A DNA stretch of 64,000 bases from positions 694,084 through 758,083 of the forward strand of contig JBCCHT010000001.1 of the NCBI GenBank assembly GCA_039028615.1, written 5' to 3'. The translations under genes were made by a program, and so were the position numbers. The notes beneath the pieces were generated by a model. That model saw nothing but the letters and a program-made list of their open reading frames with translations, was not told where the DNA came from and ran no database searches. This stretch comes from Myxococcota bacterium (GTDB lineage Bacteria; Myxococcota_A; Polyangia; Nannocystales; Nannocystaceae). Position 1 is the stretch's first letter. Every line of letters starts with the position of its first letter. This document shows positions 10,936 through 21,241 of the stretch, piece by piece.

Positions 10936-13257
10936 ATGGTGTTGGTCTTTCACCACGAGCTGCTCGCCACGGCGCGACTGGAGCTGGGACTGACCCAGGA
11001 GCAGGCCGCGGCCGCGCTGCAGATCGACGTGCGGACCTATCGCCGCTACGAGACGGGGGCCGTCAACGACGCCAAACGAGGCTTCTCCGTCCGTCGCGCG
11101 GGTCGCCGACAGCTGCTGGCCCGCATCGGGCGGGAGCTGGGAATCGCCACGGAGGAGCTGGTCCGACCGCGGGAGGACGGGCCCGCTCCCGCCGCCCCGA
11201 GCCCCGCTTCGTTCACCCATGTGCTCCAGCCCGCTCAGCATTTCGTGGGCCGCGAGCGGGAACTCGACGAGCTGCGACGCTGGGCGACCGGGGTGGGCCC
11301 TCGCATCGTAGCGGTGGTCGCGATGGGAGGCGCAGGCAAGTCCGCCCTGTGCCAACGACTGCTCGACGACCGAAGCGAGGACGGCCACGCGCCGCCGCTG
11401 GTCTGGAGCTTCTACGACGACGCGCGCATCGAGGGCTTCATGGCGGCCGCGCTGCGTCACCTGGGGGCGGCCTCCGGGGCCACCGCCCCGCTCGAGGTGG
11501 TCGAGCAACTGCTGGCCCAGGTCGGCGACGCGACGCCCCGATTGCTGGTGCTCGATGGCCTGGAAGCGGTGCAATCGACCGGTCGGCGACGCCCGCCCGG
11601 CTCCATCGTCGATGCCCACCTGCGGCGGCTTCTGAGCAGCATTGCCGGATCCGACGGCGGCACGCGGGTGCTCGTCACCAGCCGGAGCCCGCTGGTCGAT
11701 CTGCGGGCCTGGGAGGGTCGTGGGCTGCGGACGATGCACTTGGGGCCGCTGGACGAGCCGGCCCAGCTGGAGCTGCTGCGTCGCTGGGGCATCGACGGCA
11801 CCCAGGCTCAGGCATCCCAGGCGCTGTCCCGCTACGGGGGCCACGCCCTCACCGTCGCCACGCTCGCATCGTATGCGGCCGGGTTCCACGAGGGCTCGCT
11901 GGCCTCCATTCCGGCCATCGACCTGAGCGAGGCGGCGAGCGACGACCTGCTGGCGTTCCGACTGGCGCGGGTGCTGGAGGCCTACGCCGGTTCCATGACC
12001 GAGGCTCAGCGCGACCTGGTGGCGAGGGTGTCGCTCTTTCCTCGCGGGGCCGACGTGCCCACGCTGCTGTCGATGACCCGAGCGGCACCGAAGCTCGCGG
12101 GCGCCATGCCGCAACACAAGCGCGAGGTGGTGCGCACGCTGTCGCAGCTCGAGACGATGGGAGTCATCTACCGCAACCGAGAGGCCGAGAGCGTGTTCTC
12201 GGCGCACCCCTTCGTGGCCGAGCACTTTCGCCGAGAACTCGGCCACCGCCGACTCGAGCTGCACGAGGCCTTGCGCCGCCAGCTCGCGGAACGCATCGCG
12301 GCCGCGCCACGCCCTGGCGCCGACCTGGTGGAAGACCTGCTCATGCAGACGCTGCTCGCGGGCGATCCCGAGGCCGCGGTGTCGCTGTACGAGCGGCGCC
12401 TGGGCGGCTTCGACACCCTGGGGCTCGAGCGCGGCGAGATGGCTCGCGGCCAGCGAGTGGTCCGCGGGTTCTTCCTCGATGGCGACCCCGCCCAACCGCG
12501 ACCGGGCACGCCCGCCCGGGCGATTGGCGGCCTGCTCTACGACCTCGCGTTGTTCTCCAATGCGATGGGCGACCCGCGATACGCCCGGCTGTGCCTCGAG
12601 CACTTCGTCGATCGGGTGCAGGCCTCGCCTCGGGCGCATGTGACCGGATGGCGAACGAAGGCGTACGTGCTGCGCCTGGAAGGTCGGCTCGACGAGGCCC
12701 GTACCGCCATCGAGCGCGCTCTCGAGCTCAGCGCGGCGATGGCCGATCACCACGTCCGCAACCTCGCGCTGTGTGCCGCCATCGAGCACGACCGAGGCGA
12801 CTTCGATGCGGCGGCGCAGCTGTTCTCGCGAGCGAATACCATCGATCCTCGCCCCCGGTTTCGGCGAGCACTGTGGGAGGCGGAGCACCTGGTGGATCGG
12901 CAGCGCTACGACGAGGCAGCCACGATCGCCGGGCGTCAGCGAGAGACCTGCCGACGCCTGGGCTGGAGCGGGCACATCTCCCACTGCGAGGTCGTGCTGG
13001 GGCACTGCGAGGTCCAGCACGACCCCGAGGCTGCCGCCCGACTGCTGGCCGATGCCCGCCCGTGGGCCTATCGCAGCGGAGAGGTCGAAGCACAGCTGCG
13101 CTGCATGGAGCTGGCCCTGCGCCTATGTGCCACCGACGACGAAGCGGCCGAGCTGCGGACGAACAGCCTCGAGCTGGCCCGCAGCTCGAGCTACGGCCGC
13201 TTCGAGGCGCGCCTGGCTGAGTCGCCTGCCAACCCGACTCGCCCCCGCCCCGCGTGA
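10936..13257 (+). CDS. XRE-HTH + STAND/NB-ARC-like NTPase + TPR-like protein
   Basis: ARLELGLTQEQAA...RTYRRYETG (HTH); FVGRERE, AMGGAGKS (Walker A), LLVLDGLE (Walker B), LVTSR, GGHAL; helical repeats in the C-terminal part. Confidence 0.85.
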   Translation: MVLVFHHELLATARLELGLTQEQAAAALQIDVRTYRRYETGAVNDAKRGFSVRRAGRRQLLARIGRELGIATEELVRPREDGPAPAAPSPASFTHVLQPAQHFVGRERELDELRRWATGVGPRIVAVVAMGGAGKSALCQRLLDDRSEDGHAPPLVWSFYDDARIEGFMAAALRHLGAASGATAPLEVVEQLLAQVGDATPRLLVLDGLEAVQSTGRRRPPGSIVDAHLRRLLSSIAGSDGGTRVLVTSRSPLVDLRAWEGRGLRTMHLGPLDEPAQLELLRRWGIDGTQAQASQALSRYGGHALTVATLASYAAGFHEGSLASIPAIDLSEAASDDLLAFRLARVLEAYAGSMTEAQRDLVARVSLFPRGADVPTLLSMTRAAPKLAGAMPQHKREVVRTLSQLETMGVIYRNREAESVFSAHPFVAEHFRRELGHRRLELHEALRRQLAERIAAAPRPGADLVEDLLMQTLLAGDPEAAVSLYERRLGGFDTLGLERGEMARGQRVVRGFFLDGDPAQPRPGTPARAIGGLLYDLALFSNAMGDPRYARLCLEHFVDRVQASPRAHVTGWRTKAYVLRLEGRLDEARTAIERALELSAAMADHHVRNLALCAAIEHDRGDFDAAAQLFSRANTIDPRPRFRRALWEAEHLVDRQRYDEAATIAGRQRETCRRLGWSGHISHCEVVLGHCEVQHDPEAAARLLADARPWAYRSGEVEAQLRCMELALRLCATDDEAAELRTNSLELARSSSYGRFEARLAESPANPTRPRPA

Positions 13258-13355
13258 TGACGCCCTGTCTCCACGACGCGGCGAAACCGTCGTCGGACCG
13301 ACCGTGAACACGTGCCCCCGGGTGGCGGCACGGTCGTTGCACAACGCCGAGGGCG

Positions 13356-14714
13356 ATGACCGTCGAGGCCCCGTCCCCACCGCCGAGCCCGAGCGCCACC
13401 CGGCGCCTGCTCCATCGCTGGCTCGTCCAGTACAACCCCCTTTATCTCCTCAGCGCCGCGTTGGTGCTGGTGGGCGTCATCCTCTCCTCGATGGGCCTGG
13501 CGGGGGGCGGTACTGCGGCGCAGCTGGGCGTGACCGCCGTGGCCGAAGTCTACGCATGGGCGCTCATCGGTAGCGCAGCCCTGCTGGTGAAGATGGGACA
13601 ACGACGACCGGCCCTCATGCTCATCTTGCTGACCGCGGTGTACCAGTGCGACCTGACGCTGCACACGGAGACCTGTGTCTACCTCGGCCTGCCCGGGGTC
13701 ATCGGCAGCGCCCTGTGGTGGGTAGGCTTCGCCGCCAAGCTCCGCGCGATGGTCACGGTGATGAAGGTCCGGCTCTCGTTGTCGGCCCTGTTCGTGCCCC
13801 TGGGCGGCGCGGCATTGATCGCCACGGTGCCGTGGGCGCTGCGAACGTTGGAGCCGACGGCGGCCTCTTCAGTGCTCGGCGTGGGTCTGTTCGCGCTCTC
13901 GTGCGGTGCCCTGTGGACGGCGCGATGCCTGCACAGCCGCTTGATCGACGGCGAGTGGGCGGCCACCGTCGCCGGCCGCTCGATCCGTGCCATCTGGATC
14001 GGCTGGGCGGGGATGGTGCTGGCCCACGTGGGCTTCTGGTTTTCGCAGAACCCTTCGCTGGAGGTCGTGGTGCTCGTGCCCGTGGCCCTGCTGGCGAGCA
14101 CGCGGTTCATCGACCGGGAGTTCGGCGTCTGGTTCGTGGTGGTCGTCACCCTCGGGTACATGGGCATCGCCGCCCCTTCCCTGTTCGCCCTCACCGCGGT
14201 CATGGCCGCCTTCGTGCTGGTCTTGCGAGCCCTTCGCAGACCCACGCTCGTGGCAGCGGCTCGCCCCTCGGGAGTGACGGACGGCGACGACGTCTATCGC
14301 AAGGACCCCGACGTTGCGTCCCCGATTGCTCCGCCTCGGTTGATCTTCCGCCCGGAGGGCGCGGCGGCGCGCGAGCGCCTGTTGAGCGGGGCGGCGGGCT
14401 GCCTGTACCTGGCGCTCTGGGCCTGGGGATGGTCGGGCGGCGACTGGCCGCAGGCGCCATGGTGGCTGCTGGGGCTGCTGCTCGTCGTCACTGCGGTGGT
14501 CCTGAAAAAGCGTCGCCCCCTCGTGTTCCTCTTGCTGCCCGGGACGGTCACCGGTCACCTCGCGTGGTCCTGGGACGCGATTGGCCGACCGGAGTCCCCC
14601 CTCGAGTGGGGCGCCACCTGCATCACGCTGGGCTTTGCTCTGCTCGCGGTGGGGCTGGTGGTCAACGTGCGATGGCGCCACCACCTGGTGAGCACCCCTG
14701 CGTCCGAGCATTGA
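13356..14714 (+). CDS. Multi-pass integral membrane protein of unknown function
   Basis: Many hydrophobic helices along the whole length; YNPLYLLSA N-terminal motif. Confidence 0.75.
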   Translation: MTVEAPSPPPSPSATRRLLHRWLVQYNPLYLLSAALVLVGVILSSMGLAGGGTAAQLGVTAVAEVYAWALIGSAALLVKMGQRRPALMLILLTAVYQCDLTLHTETCVYLGLPGVIGSALWWVGFAAKLRAMVTVMKVRLSLSALFVPLGGAALIATVPWALRTLEPTAASSVLGVGLFALSCGALWTARCLHSRLIDGEWAATVAGRSIRAIWIGWAGMVLAHVGFWFSQNPSLEVVVLVPVALLASTRFIDREFGVWFVVVVTLGYMGIAAPSLFALTAVMAAFVLVLRALRRPTLVAAARPSGVTDGDDVYRKDPDVASPIAPPRLIFRPEGAAARERLLSGAAGCLYLALWAWGWSGGDWPQAPWWLLGLLLVVTAVVLKKRRPLVFLLLPGTVTGHLAWSWDAIGRPESPLEWGATCITLGFALLAVGLVVNVRWRHHLVSTPASEH

Positions 14715-14726
14715 GCGGGACCAGGT

Positions 14727-15788
14727 TCACTCGCGCAGGACGAGCAGCTCCAGCTCGGGTGTGCACTCGAGCCCCGCCAAGGTCTGCCCCCGAGCGAAGG
14801 TCGCCGCATCCCCGCGACGCAGCGTCTGCTTGGAATCCGTGCCCCAGCTCATCGCGCCCTCGAGCACGAACGCGAAGTTGAAGTCGGCGTCGAAGCTCAG
14901 ACCCGCCGGGCGAGCCGAGGCGAGCGGGCGTACGACCTCGGCCGTCACTCGTCCGCTGGCTCGCCCGATCCCGAGATCGCGAGCCTCGAACCCGGGCAGG
15001 CGCCACGGCGCCCAACGAGCCCGGCTCGCCCGATGGCGCGTGAACCTCTGCCCACCGAACGAACGATCGAAGCGCACCACCTCCGTCGGCAGCGTCAGCT
15101 CGTGGTCGACGAGCGTCTCGTGCAGCGCGGGGCACCCGACCTCCACCACCTCGAGGCCATCCGAGCTCTCGAGCACGCGATGGCGAATCTCGGGCGGCTG
15201 CAGCACGCAGTCGCCCGCCTCGAGCACGAACTCGGGGCCTTGATCTTCGTAGACCACGCGGACCCATCCCCGGTAGCAGTAAATCATCTGAAAGGCGACC
15301 CGGTGGTAGTGCACGTAGTCGGGTACGGGACCGCCCTCTGGAACGCGAATATGAGAGGCGATGAAGCGGCCGCCACAACGCGACGGGATGAGGTCGCGAT
15401 ACTGCATGCCCGCCCGGCCCTCGACCCACCGGGCGTCCTCGCCATCGGCCCGGGTGAACTCGAAATGGGCCTCGTACTCCGGTAGGTCCAACGGAGGGCT
15501 GAGCGGCACGAGCTCGATCGTGGTGCCGTTGGGTGCCACGACCGTCTCCCCCGCGATTCGCTCGCGACAGTGCAAGCGCAGGCTCGTCGGCGCCGCCTCG
15601 AGTTCGCGGTCGAGCCGCAATCGCACGCCGAACCCCGACACGACGATCTGTCGCGGGTCGTCCGCGGGGAACACCGCGTCCACGCGAAAGCCCAGCCGCT
15701 CGGTGAAAAAGGCGAGGGTCTCGTCCAGCGGCGCACCCGGGATGGCCACCTCGGCCTGCTCGACCGTCGCTCGCGGCAACTTTCCCAT
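14727..15788 (-). CDS. VOC/glyoxalase-like + cupin domain protein
   Basis: LAFFTERLGFR (VOC-like); GRAGMQYRDL, DYVHYH...FQMIYCYRGW...QPPEIRHR (cupin); start trimmed to ATG 15788. Confidence 0.8.
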   Translation of the reverse strand: MGKLPRATVEQAEVAIPGAPLDETLAFFTERLGFRVDAVFPADDPRQIVVSGFGVRLRLDRELEAAPTSLRLHCRERIAGETVVAPNGTTIELVPLSPPLDLPEYEAHFEFTRADGEDARWVEGRAGMQYRDLIPSRCGGRFIASHIRVPEGGPVPDYVHYHRVAFQMIYCYRGWVRVVYEDQGPEFVLEAGDCVLQPPEIRHRVLESSDGLEVVEVGCPALHETLVDHELTLPTEVVRFDRSFGGQRFTRHRASRARWAPWRLPGFEARDLGIGRASGRVTAEVVRPLASARPAGLSFDADFNFAFVLEGAMSWGTDSKQTLRRGDAATFARGQTLAGLECTPELELLVLRE

Positions 15789-15809
15789 GAGGTTTGATAC
15801 CTCTACTGT

Positions 15810-17060
15810 GTGGCCGTGTCGATCACCCGAGCGCAGTGCCAGGCCCTGGACGACTCCGATCCCCTCGCCCCGTTGCGCGCTCGGTTCTCGCTCCCCGAGG
15901 GTGTGATCTACCTCGATGGCAACTCGCTCGGCGCCCGTTCTCAGAGTGCGATGGCGGTGGCGAAGCGGGTCATCGAACGAGAGTGGGGCGTGGGCCTGAT
16001 CCGCAGCTGGACGGCCGCAGACTGGATCGACGGCCCGTTGCGCGTCGGTACCGTACTCGCTCGATTGCTGGGTGCGGCGGAGGGCCAAGTGCTGGTCACC
16101 GACTCCACCACCGCCAACCTCTTCAAGCTGTTGACCGCCGCCCTCCATCACCAGGCGCCCCGCCGGGTCGTCCTGCTCGAGGAAGAAAACTTCCCGGCCG
16201 ACAACTACATCGCGCAAGGGGTCGCACGAGCGATGGCGGCCGACGTCGAGCTGCGGCGGGTGCCCGGAGCGGACCTCGAGCATGCGCTCGACGAGGACGT
16301 CGCGGTGGTCGTGGCCAGTCACGTCAACTATCGCAGCGGGGTGGCGCTCGACATGGCGGGCATCAACGCTCGGGCCGCGCAGGTCGGCGCGTTGACCCTG
16401 TGGGACCTGGCCCATAGCGCGGGCGTGCTCGACGTCCGGCTCGACGAGACGGGGGCAGACCTCGCCGTGGGTTGTGGCTACAAGTATCTCAACGGTGGTC
16501 CGGGGGCCCCCGCCTTCCTCTACGTCGCCCGTCGCCACCAACGGACGCTGCAATCGCCGATGGCGGGATGGATGGGCCACGCCCAGCCCTTCGAGTTCGG
16601 GCCCGACTACGAGCCTGCGCCCGGCATCCTCCGCTTTGCTTGCGGGACGCCGGGCATCGTGGGTCTGTCGCTCCTCGAAGATGCGCTCGATCAGCTGCGC
16701 GACGTCGCGGCCGCCGAGCTCCAGGCCAAGGCCAGCCGCATGGTTCGGACCTTCATCGAGCTCGTCCGGGAGCGCTGCCCCGAGCCGGAGATGCAGCGGC
16801 TCGGCCCGGACGAGTTCGACGATGGCCAACGCGGCGGGCACGTGACGATCACCCACCCGCAGGGCTACGGCGTCGTCCAGGCCCTCATCGCTCGGCAGGT
16901 CATCCCCGACTTTCGGGCCCCCGGCGGCATGCGCTTCGGGTTCGCGCCCGCGTACACGAGCTTCGTCGACCTGTGGGATGCCGTGCAGCACCTGCGCGAG
17001 GTCCTCGACGGCCGCGAGTACGACGACCCTTGCCACCAGACTCGCAGCCGCGTGACCTGA
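15810..17060 (+). CDS. kynU: Kynureninase
   Basis: IYLDGNSLG, WDLAHSAG, GCGYKYLNGGPGAP, GWMGH, RGGHV motifs. Confidence 0.93.
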   Translation: MAVSITRAQCQALDDSDPLAPLRARFSLPEGVIYLDGNSLGARSQSAMAVAKRVIEREWGVGLIRSWTAADWIDGPLRVGTVLARLLGAAEGQVLVTDSTTANLFKLLTAALHHQAPRRVVLLEEENFPADNYIAQGVARAMAADVELRRVPGADLEHALDEDVAVVVASHVNYRSGVALDMAGINARAAQVGALTLWDLAHSAGVLDVRLDETGADLAVGCGYKYLNGGPGAPAFLYVARRHQRTLQSPMAGWMGHAQPFEFGPDYEPAPGILRFACGTPGIVGLSLLEDALDQLRDVAAAELQAKASRMVRTFIELVRERCPEPEMQRLGPDEFDDGQRGGHVTITHPQGYGVVQALIARQVIPDFRAPGGMRFGFAPAYTSFVDLWDAVQHLREVLDGREYDDPCHQTRSRVT

Positions 17061-17076
17061 GCCGCGACGCTCGCGT

Positions 17077-17388
17077 CTACCGCATCAGGTTCCCGAGGCC
17101 GCCCGCGTCATGGGCATCGAAGCCGGCCTCCACCAGCTGCCGTACCGCCTTGGCGCTGCGCATACCCGAGCGGCAGTAGGCCACGATCGGCCGGTCTCGA
17201 GGCAGCTCCGAAGACCGCTGCGCCAGCTCACCCAACGGCACGTTCACCGCGTCCGGGGCCGCGCCGCTCGCGAACTCACTGGGGCCGCGCACGTCCAGCA
17301 CGAAGGCGCCCTGTTCGATCAATCGCGTCGCGGTGGCGGGATCGATGCGAGGCACGGAGCGGCCGAAAATCTTGTCGAGTCCGAACAT
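17077..17388 (-). CDS. Rhodanese-like domain protein
   Basis: LDVRGPSEF, YCRSGMRS active-site loop. Confidence 0.88.
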   Translation of the reverse strand: MFGLDKIFGRSVPRIDPATATRLIEQGAFVLDVRGPSEFASGAAPDAVNVPLGELAQRSSELPRDRPIVAYCRSGMRSAKAVRQLVEAGFDAHDAGGLGNLMR

Positions 17389-17596
17389 TGGTTTTCCTCG
17401 AAGCGTCACGAAGCAAAGCTCGTGCCACGCCCATGGATGCACGGGTGGCCCGGCCGCGACAAGTGGCTGCTACATGCGTTGCAAGGCGTTGCAACACGGC
17501 CCACCTGCGGCGCAACGGACCAACCGTATCACCGCGCTCGATTCGAGGCCTCCGGTCGCTCGGGGTCGGTCACCACCGGCTGCGCCTCTTCGGCGC

Positions 17597-19009
17597 TCAG
17601 TCCTGCCAATAAAACAGCAGGTCAGACACCCGCAGCGGCTCGCGAGACCCGAAGAAGTAGACGGGGAGCCCGTCGAAGACGTGCTCGGCGAGTTCGTCGT
17701 CGATCCAGCGAAAGCCCGCCTGCTCGACCGCGGTGATGGCCGCCTCGGGAAGGCTATGCACCGCCCTCACGAAGGGGCCGAAGGTGCACACGGACACCGA
17801 GCCTCCAGACACATCGAACACGCCGTAGCTCCCGCCGCCCTGCTGATACTTCTCGCCGATTTCCGTGGCCTCGCCGACCTCGAGTCCGATGGAGGCCAAC
17901 GCCTCACGCGCGCGCTCGGGATTTTCGGGCTGGGCATCGTCCTCGCGATGCCCGAGGCGGAGACCTTCGAGCAGCAAGCGGGGATCGGTGGAGCGCTCGC
18001 CCGGTAAATAGGCTTCGAGGATGGCGATGCGGACGTCGGCCGGCACTGCGGGATGGGCCAGCGTCGCGTCACCAAGCTGGTCGAGCCGCTCGTGGATGGC
18101 CTGCGCCCGCGCATCGCACTCGGGCTCTCCACGCGCTGGCAGGCGCTGTGGATCAATCCGGCGACTCGCCACGATCAAGGCCCATGCCGCCGCGGCCGCG
18201 CGCCCCGTGAGCGGAGGCGGAGCCGAGGCCGATGCCCGCAGCGCATCCGCGTGTTCGTCGAATGCCGCCAGCAAGACCTCGTCGTCGATCTCGGCGTCCT
18301 GGAGGTGACGAGCGGCGACCCCGGCCACGACGACGTTGCGATCCCGCAGCGCACGGATGAGCACCGCCGGGTTGGGCGGACCCTCGGCCAGGCACAGCAG
18401 GCCAAAGTGCCGATCCGCGGCGGTCGCCCCGGATGTGACCAGCTCCGGGACGGTCTTGGCTCCCAAAACGGCCAGCACCTCGTCCAGCCGCACCGCAGCG
18501 AACAGAGCCGTCGCCCCCTGCTCTGCCGTGCGAATGCGATGGTGCCAAGGATCGAAGGCCAGCTTTGCCAGCGCGGACACGGCCTCGAGATCGCCGAGCT
18601 TGCAGCGCGCGAGGATGACCGCCTGGTCCATGCCATAGGACAGCGCATCGAGGTTTCGCCCCCGCAGCCAGGTCAGCGCCTTCGCCCGAGACTCGGATGC
18701 ACGCCCCGCCTGGCTCGCCCACCACGAACCCAGCACGTCGAGCAGCGCGACCCGGACCTCGGCGACGTCACCGTCGTCCTCCACCCGGGCCCATAGCGGC
18801 GGCACCAACTCCTCGTGGATGCGGTCGCGCAGCGCGAACACGCAGGTCCGCCTGCGCCACCAGGGCTCCGATTCGTCGGCGACCGCGGCTGCGAGATGGG
18901 CCGGCTCGCTCCACGTGAGGCGGTCTCCTCCGTCCTCGCCCGGCGCGTGCACGATGCTCGCGATTCGCCGCCGCCCCCGCTGTGCGTCGTCGTCGTCGTT
19001 GCCTGCCAT
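17597..19009 (-). CDS. HEAT-repeat-like hypothetical protein
   Basis: Helical repeats such as DVAEVRVALLDVL and LIRALRDRNVVVAGVAARHL. Confidence 0.65.
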   Translation of the reverse strand: MAGNDDDDAQRGRRRIASIVHAPGEDGGDRLTWSEPAHLAAAVADESEPWWRRRTCVFALRDRIHEELVPPLWARVEDDGDVAEVRVALLDVLGSWWASQAGRASESRAKALTWLRGRNLDALSYGMDQAVILARCKLGDLEAVSALAKLAFDPWHHRIRTAEQGATALFAAVRLDEVLAVLGAKTVPELVTSGATAADRHFGLLCLAEGPPNPAVLIRALRDRNVVVAGVAARHLQDAEIDDEVLLAAFDEHADALRASASAPPPLTGRAAAAAWALIVASRRIDPQRLPARGEPECDARAQAIHERLDQLGDATLAHPAVPADVRIAILEAYLPGERSTDPRLLLEGLRLGHREDDAQPENPERAREALASIGLEVGEATEIGEKYQQGGGSYGVFDVSGGSVSVCTFGPFVRAVHSLPEAAITAVEQAGFRWIDDELAEHVFDGLPVYFFGSREPLRVSDLLFYWQD

Positions 19010-19189
19010 GAATCAGCCTTTCGACCACCAGTAAAAGTCGGAAGCTGTGTCGCCCGCCCAACGGAGCACGATGACCAGCCGCATGCCCCGAGTATGCGCC
19101 AGCCCACTCGTCATCGCTCGATCGAATGAAAATCCACACATCCGGCCCGATTGGAGAGTCCCCGGCTCGCGAGAGATGATGGTCGACGC

Positions 19190-21241
19190 ATGGATGGGAT
19201 GTGGATCCAAGGGGTTTGTGGGGTGCTCGCGTGCGCCCTCGTGGGTGGCTGTGGCGATGACTTGCCGTCGAGCGACGGCACGGGCAGCAGCGGTAGCGGC
19301 TCGACCGGCGGCGGGACGGCAACCACCACCGCCGACTCGGACTCGACCGCCGCGGCGGATACGACGGGAGACGAGGCCGGCGAAACGACCGGCGGCCAGG
19401 CATGGGACGGCACCTGGCCGCTGCTCGACTGCGACCCGCTGGTCCCGACCTATTGCGGCTTCCCCTTTCCCAACAACGTGTTCTCCGTCGAGGACGACGC
19501 CGCCCCCAGCGGTCGCCGCCTCGCGCTGAGCCAGGCGATCATGCCGCCCACCAACGGCGGCTTCCAGGGCGACCCGTTTGCGTTCAACGAGCGGGATGGC
19601 TTCTCCCCCGCGGGGTCGCTGCTGGCTCACCTGCCCGGCGCCACCGCGACCGGCCTGCCCGATCCGTTGAACATCGGCGACTCGATCGAGCCCGACTCGC
19701 CGACCATCGTGCTCGATGTCGACACGGGGCAGCTGCTGCCCCACTTCTCGGAGATCGACGTGCGGGCCCCCGCCGAGGAGGCCTCGCTGATGATCCAACC
19801 CGCGATCGGCATGGAGTACGAGCATCGCTACATCGTGGCGATTCGCGGCGTGGTCGACGATGGCGGCACCCTCGTGGAGCCCTCGCCCGCGTTCGCGGCC
19901 CTGCGCGACGGCACCGAGAGCGACGAGCCCTCCGTCGATGCACGCCGCGGCCTCTACGACGACATCTTCGAGCAGCTCGAGGCGGCCGGCGTCGACCGGG
20001 ACGACCTCCAGCTGGCCTGGGACTTCACCGTCGCCAGCCGCGAGGACACCAGCGGACGCTTGCTCGCGATGCGGGACTCGGCCCTCGCTCAGGTCGGCGA
20101 CGGACCGAACTACGAGATCATGTCGGTCGAAGACGACGTCTCGGCGAGCATCTATCGGCGCATCGCGGGGGAGATCGAGGTCCCGCTCTTCCTCGACGAT
20201 CCGGGCCCTGGCGGCGTCATCGAGCTGGGCAAGGACGGGACCCCCGTGCAAAACGGCACCGCCCGCTACGGCTTCACGATGATGGTCCCCTATGCGGCCC
20301 AGGGCGCCCCTGCGCCGGGCGTGCTGTTCGGCCACGGCCTGTTTGGCAGTCGCTCGCAGGTGGAGTCGCCGACCTTCGGCGACTTTTCGAACGCGGCCAA
20401 CATCATCTTCGTGGGGCTCGACTTCATCGGCATGTCCTCCGAGGACCCGACGCTGGTGGGCCTCATCGTGTCCAACGGCAACCTCAGCGAGTTCCGCACG
20501 CTGCCCGATCGCCTGCAGCAGTCGCTGGTGAACTTCGAGCTGGCCAGCATCATGCTGCGTACGAGCATCGTCGATGACCCCGCCCTGGAGTTCGAGGGCA
20601 GCTCGATGCTCGACCCCACGCAGACCATCTATTACGGCGGCAGCCAGGGCGGGATCATGGGCGCCAGCTACATGGCCATCGCCACCGAGGTCACCCGGGG
20701 CGTGCTGGCCGTGCCCGGTCAGCCCTACAACCTGTTGCTCGAGCGCAGCGTCAACTTCGATCCCTTCGCGGACATCATCGGCAGCACCTACCCGCAGGCC
20801 TTCGACCAGCAAATGTTGCTCGGGCTGGTGCAGATTCTGTGGGACCGCGCCGAGCCCTCCGGCTATGCGCGCCACATCATCAACGATCCGCTGCCCGGCA
20901 CGCCCAGCCACGAGGTCTTGCTGCTCGACTCGATCGGCGACCACCAGGTCACGACCCTCGGCGCCCACGTCATGGCGCGCAGCATCGGCGTGCCGCTGCT
21001 CGCCCCCGCGGTGCGACCGGTCTGGGGCCTCGAAGAAGTCGAGGGCGCCGAGGTCAGCTCCGCTCTGGGCGAGTACGACTTCGGATTGCCGCCCGAGCCG
21101 CTGGTCAACGAGCCCATGCGCGAGGGCGTCGACCCGCACGGCTCGCTGACCGACGTGCCTGCCGCGGTACAGACGGCCACGACCTTCATGCTCAGCGGTG
21201 ACGTCGTGAACTACTGCGATGGCGTCTGCGACCCGGGCTGA
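19190..21241 (+). CDS. Lipoprotein alpha/beta-hydrolase (extracellular lipase-like)
   Basis: VGGC lipobox; FPFPNN and DGFSP N-terminal motifs; LFGHGLFG, YYGGSQGG nucleophile elbow, GDHQV, DPH. Confidence 0.8.
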   Translation: MDGMWIQGVCGVLACALVGGCGDDLPSSDGTGSSGSGSTGGGTATTTADSDSTAAADTTGDEAGETTGGQAWDGTWPLLDCDPLVPTYCGFPFPNNVFSVEDDAAPSGRRLALSQAIMPPTNGGFQGDPFAFNERDGFSPAGSLLAHLPGATATGLPDPLNIGDSIEPDSPTIVLDVDTGQLLPHFSEIDVRAPAEEASLMIQPAIGMEYEHRYIVAIRGVVDDGGTLVEPSPAFAALRDGTESDEPSVDARRGLYDDIFEQLEAAGVDRDDLQLAWDFTVASREDTSGRLLAMRDSALAQVGDGPNYEIMSVEDDVSASIYRRIAGEIEVPLFLDDPGPGGVIELGKDGTPVQNGTARYGFTMMVPYAAQGAPAPGVLFGHGLFGSRSQVESPTFGDFSNAANIIFVGLDFIGMSSEDPTLVGLIVSNGNLSEFRTLPDRLQQSLVNFELASIMLRTSIVDDPALEFEGSSMLDPTQTIYYGGSQGGIMGASYMAIATEVTRGVLAVPGQPYNLLLERSVNFDPFADIIGSTYPQAFDQQMLLGLVQILWDRAEPSGYARHIINDPLPGTPSHEVLLLDSIGDHQVTTLGAHVMARSIGVPLLAPAVRPVWGLEEVEGAEVSSALGEYDFGLPPEPLVNEPMREGVDPHGSLTDVPAAVQTATTFMLSGDVVNYCDGVCDPG

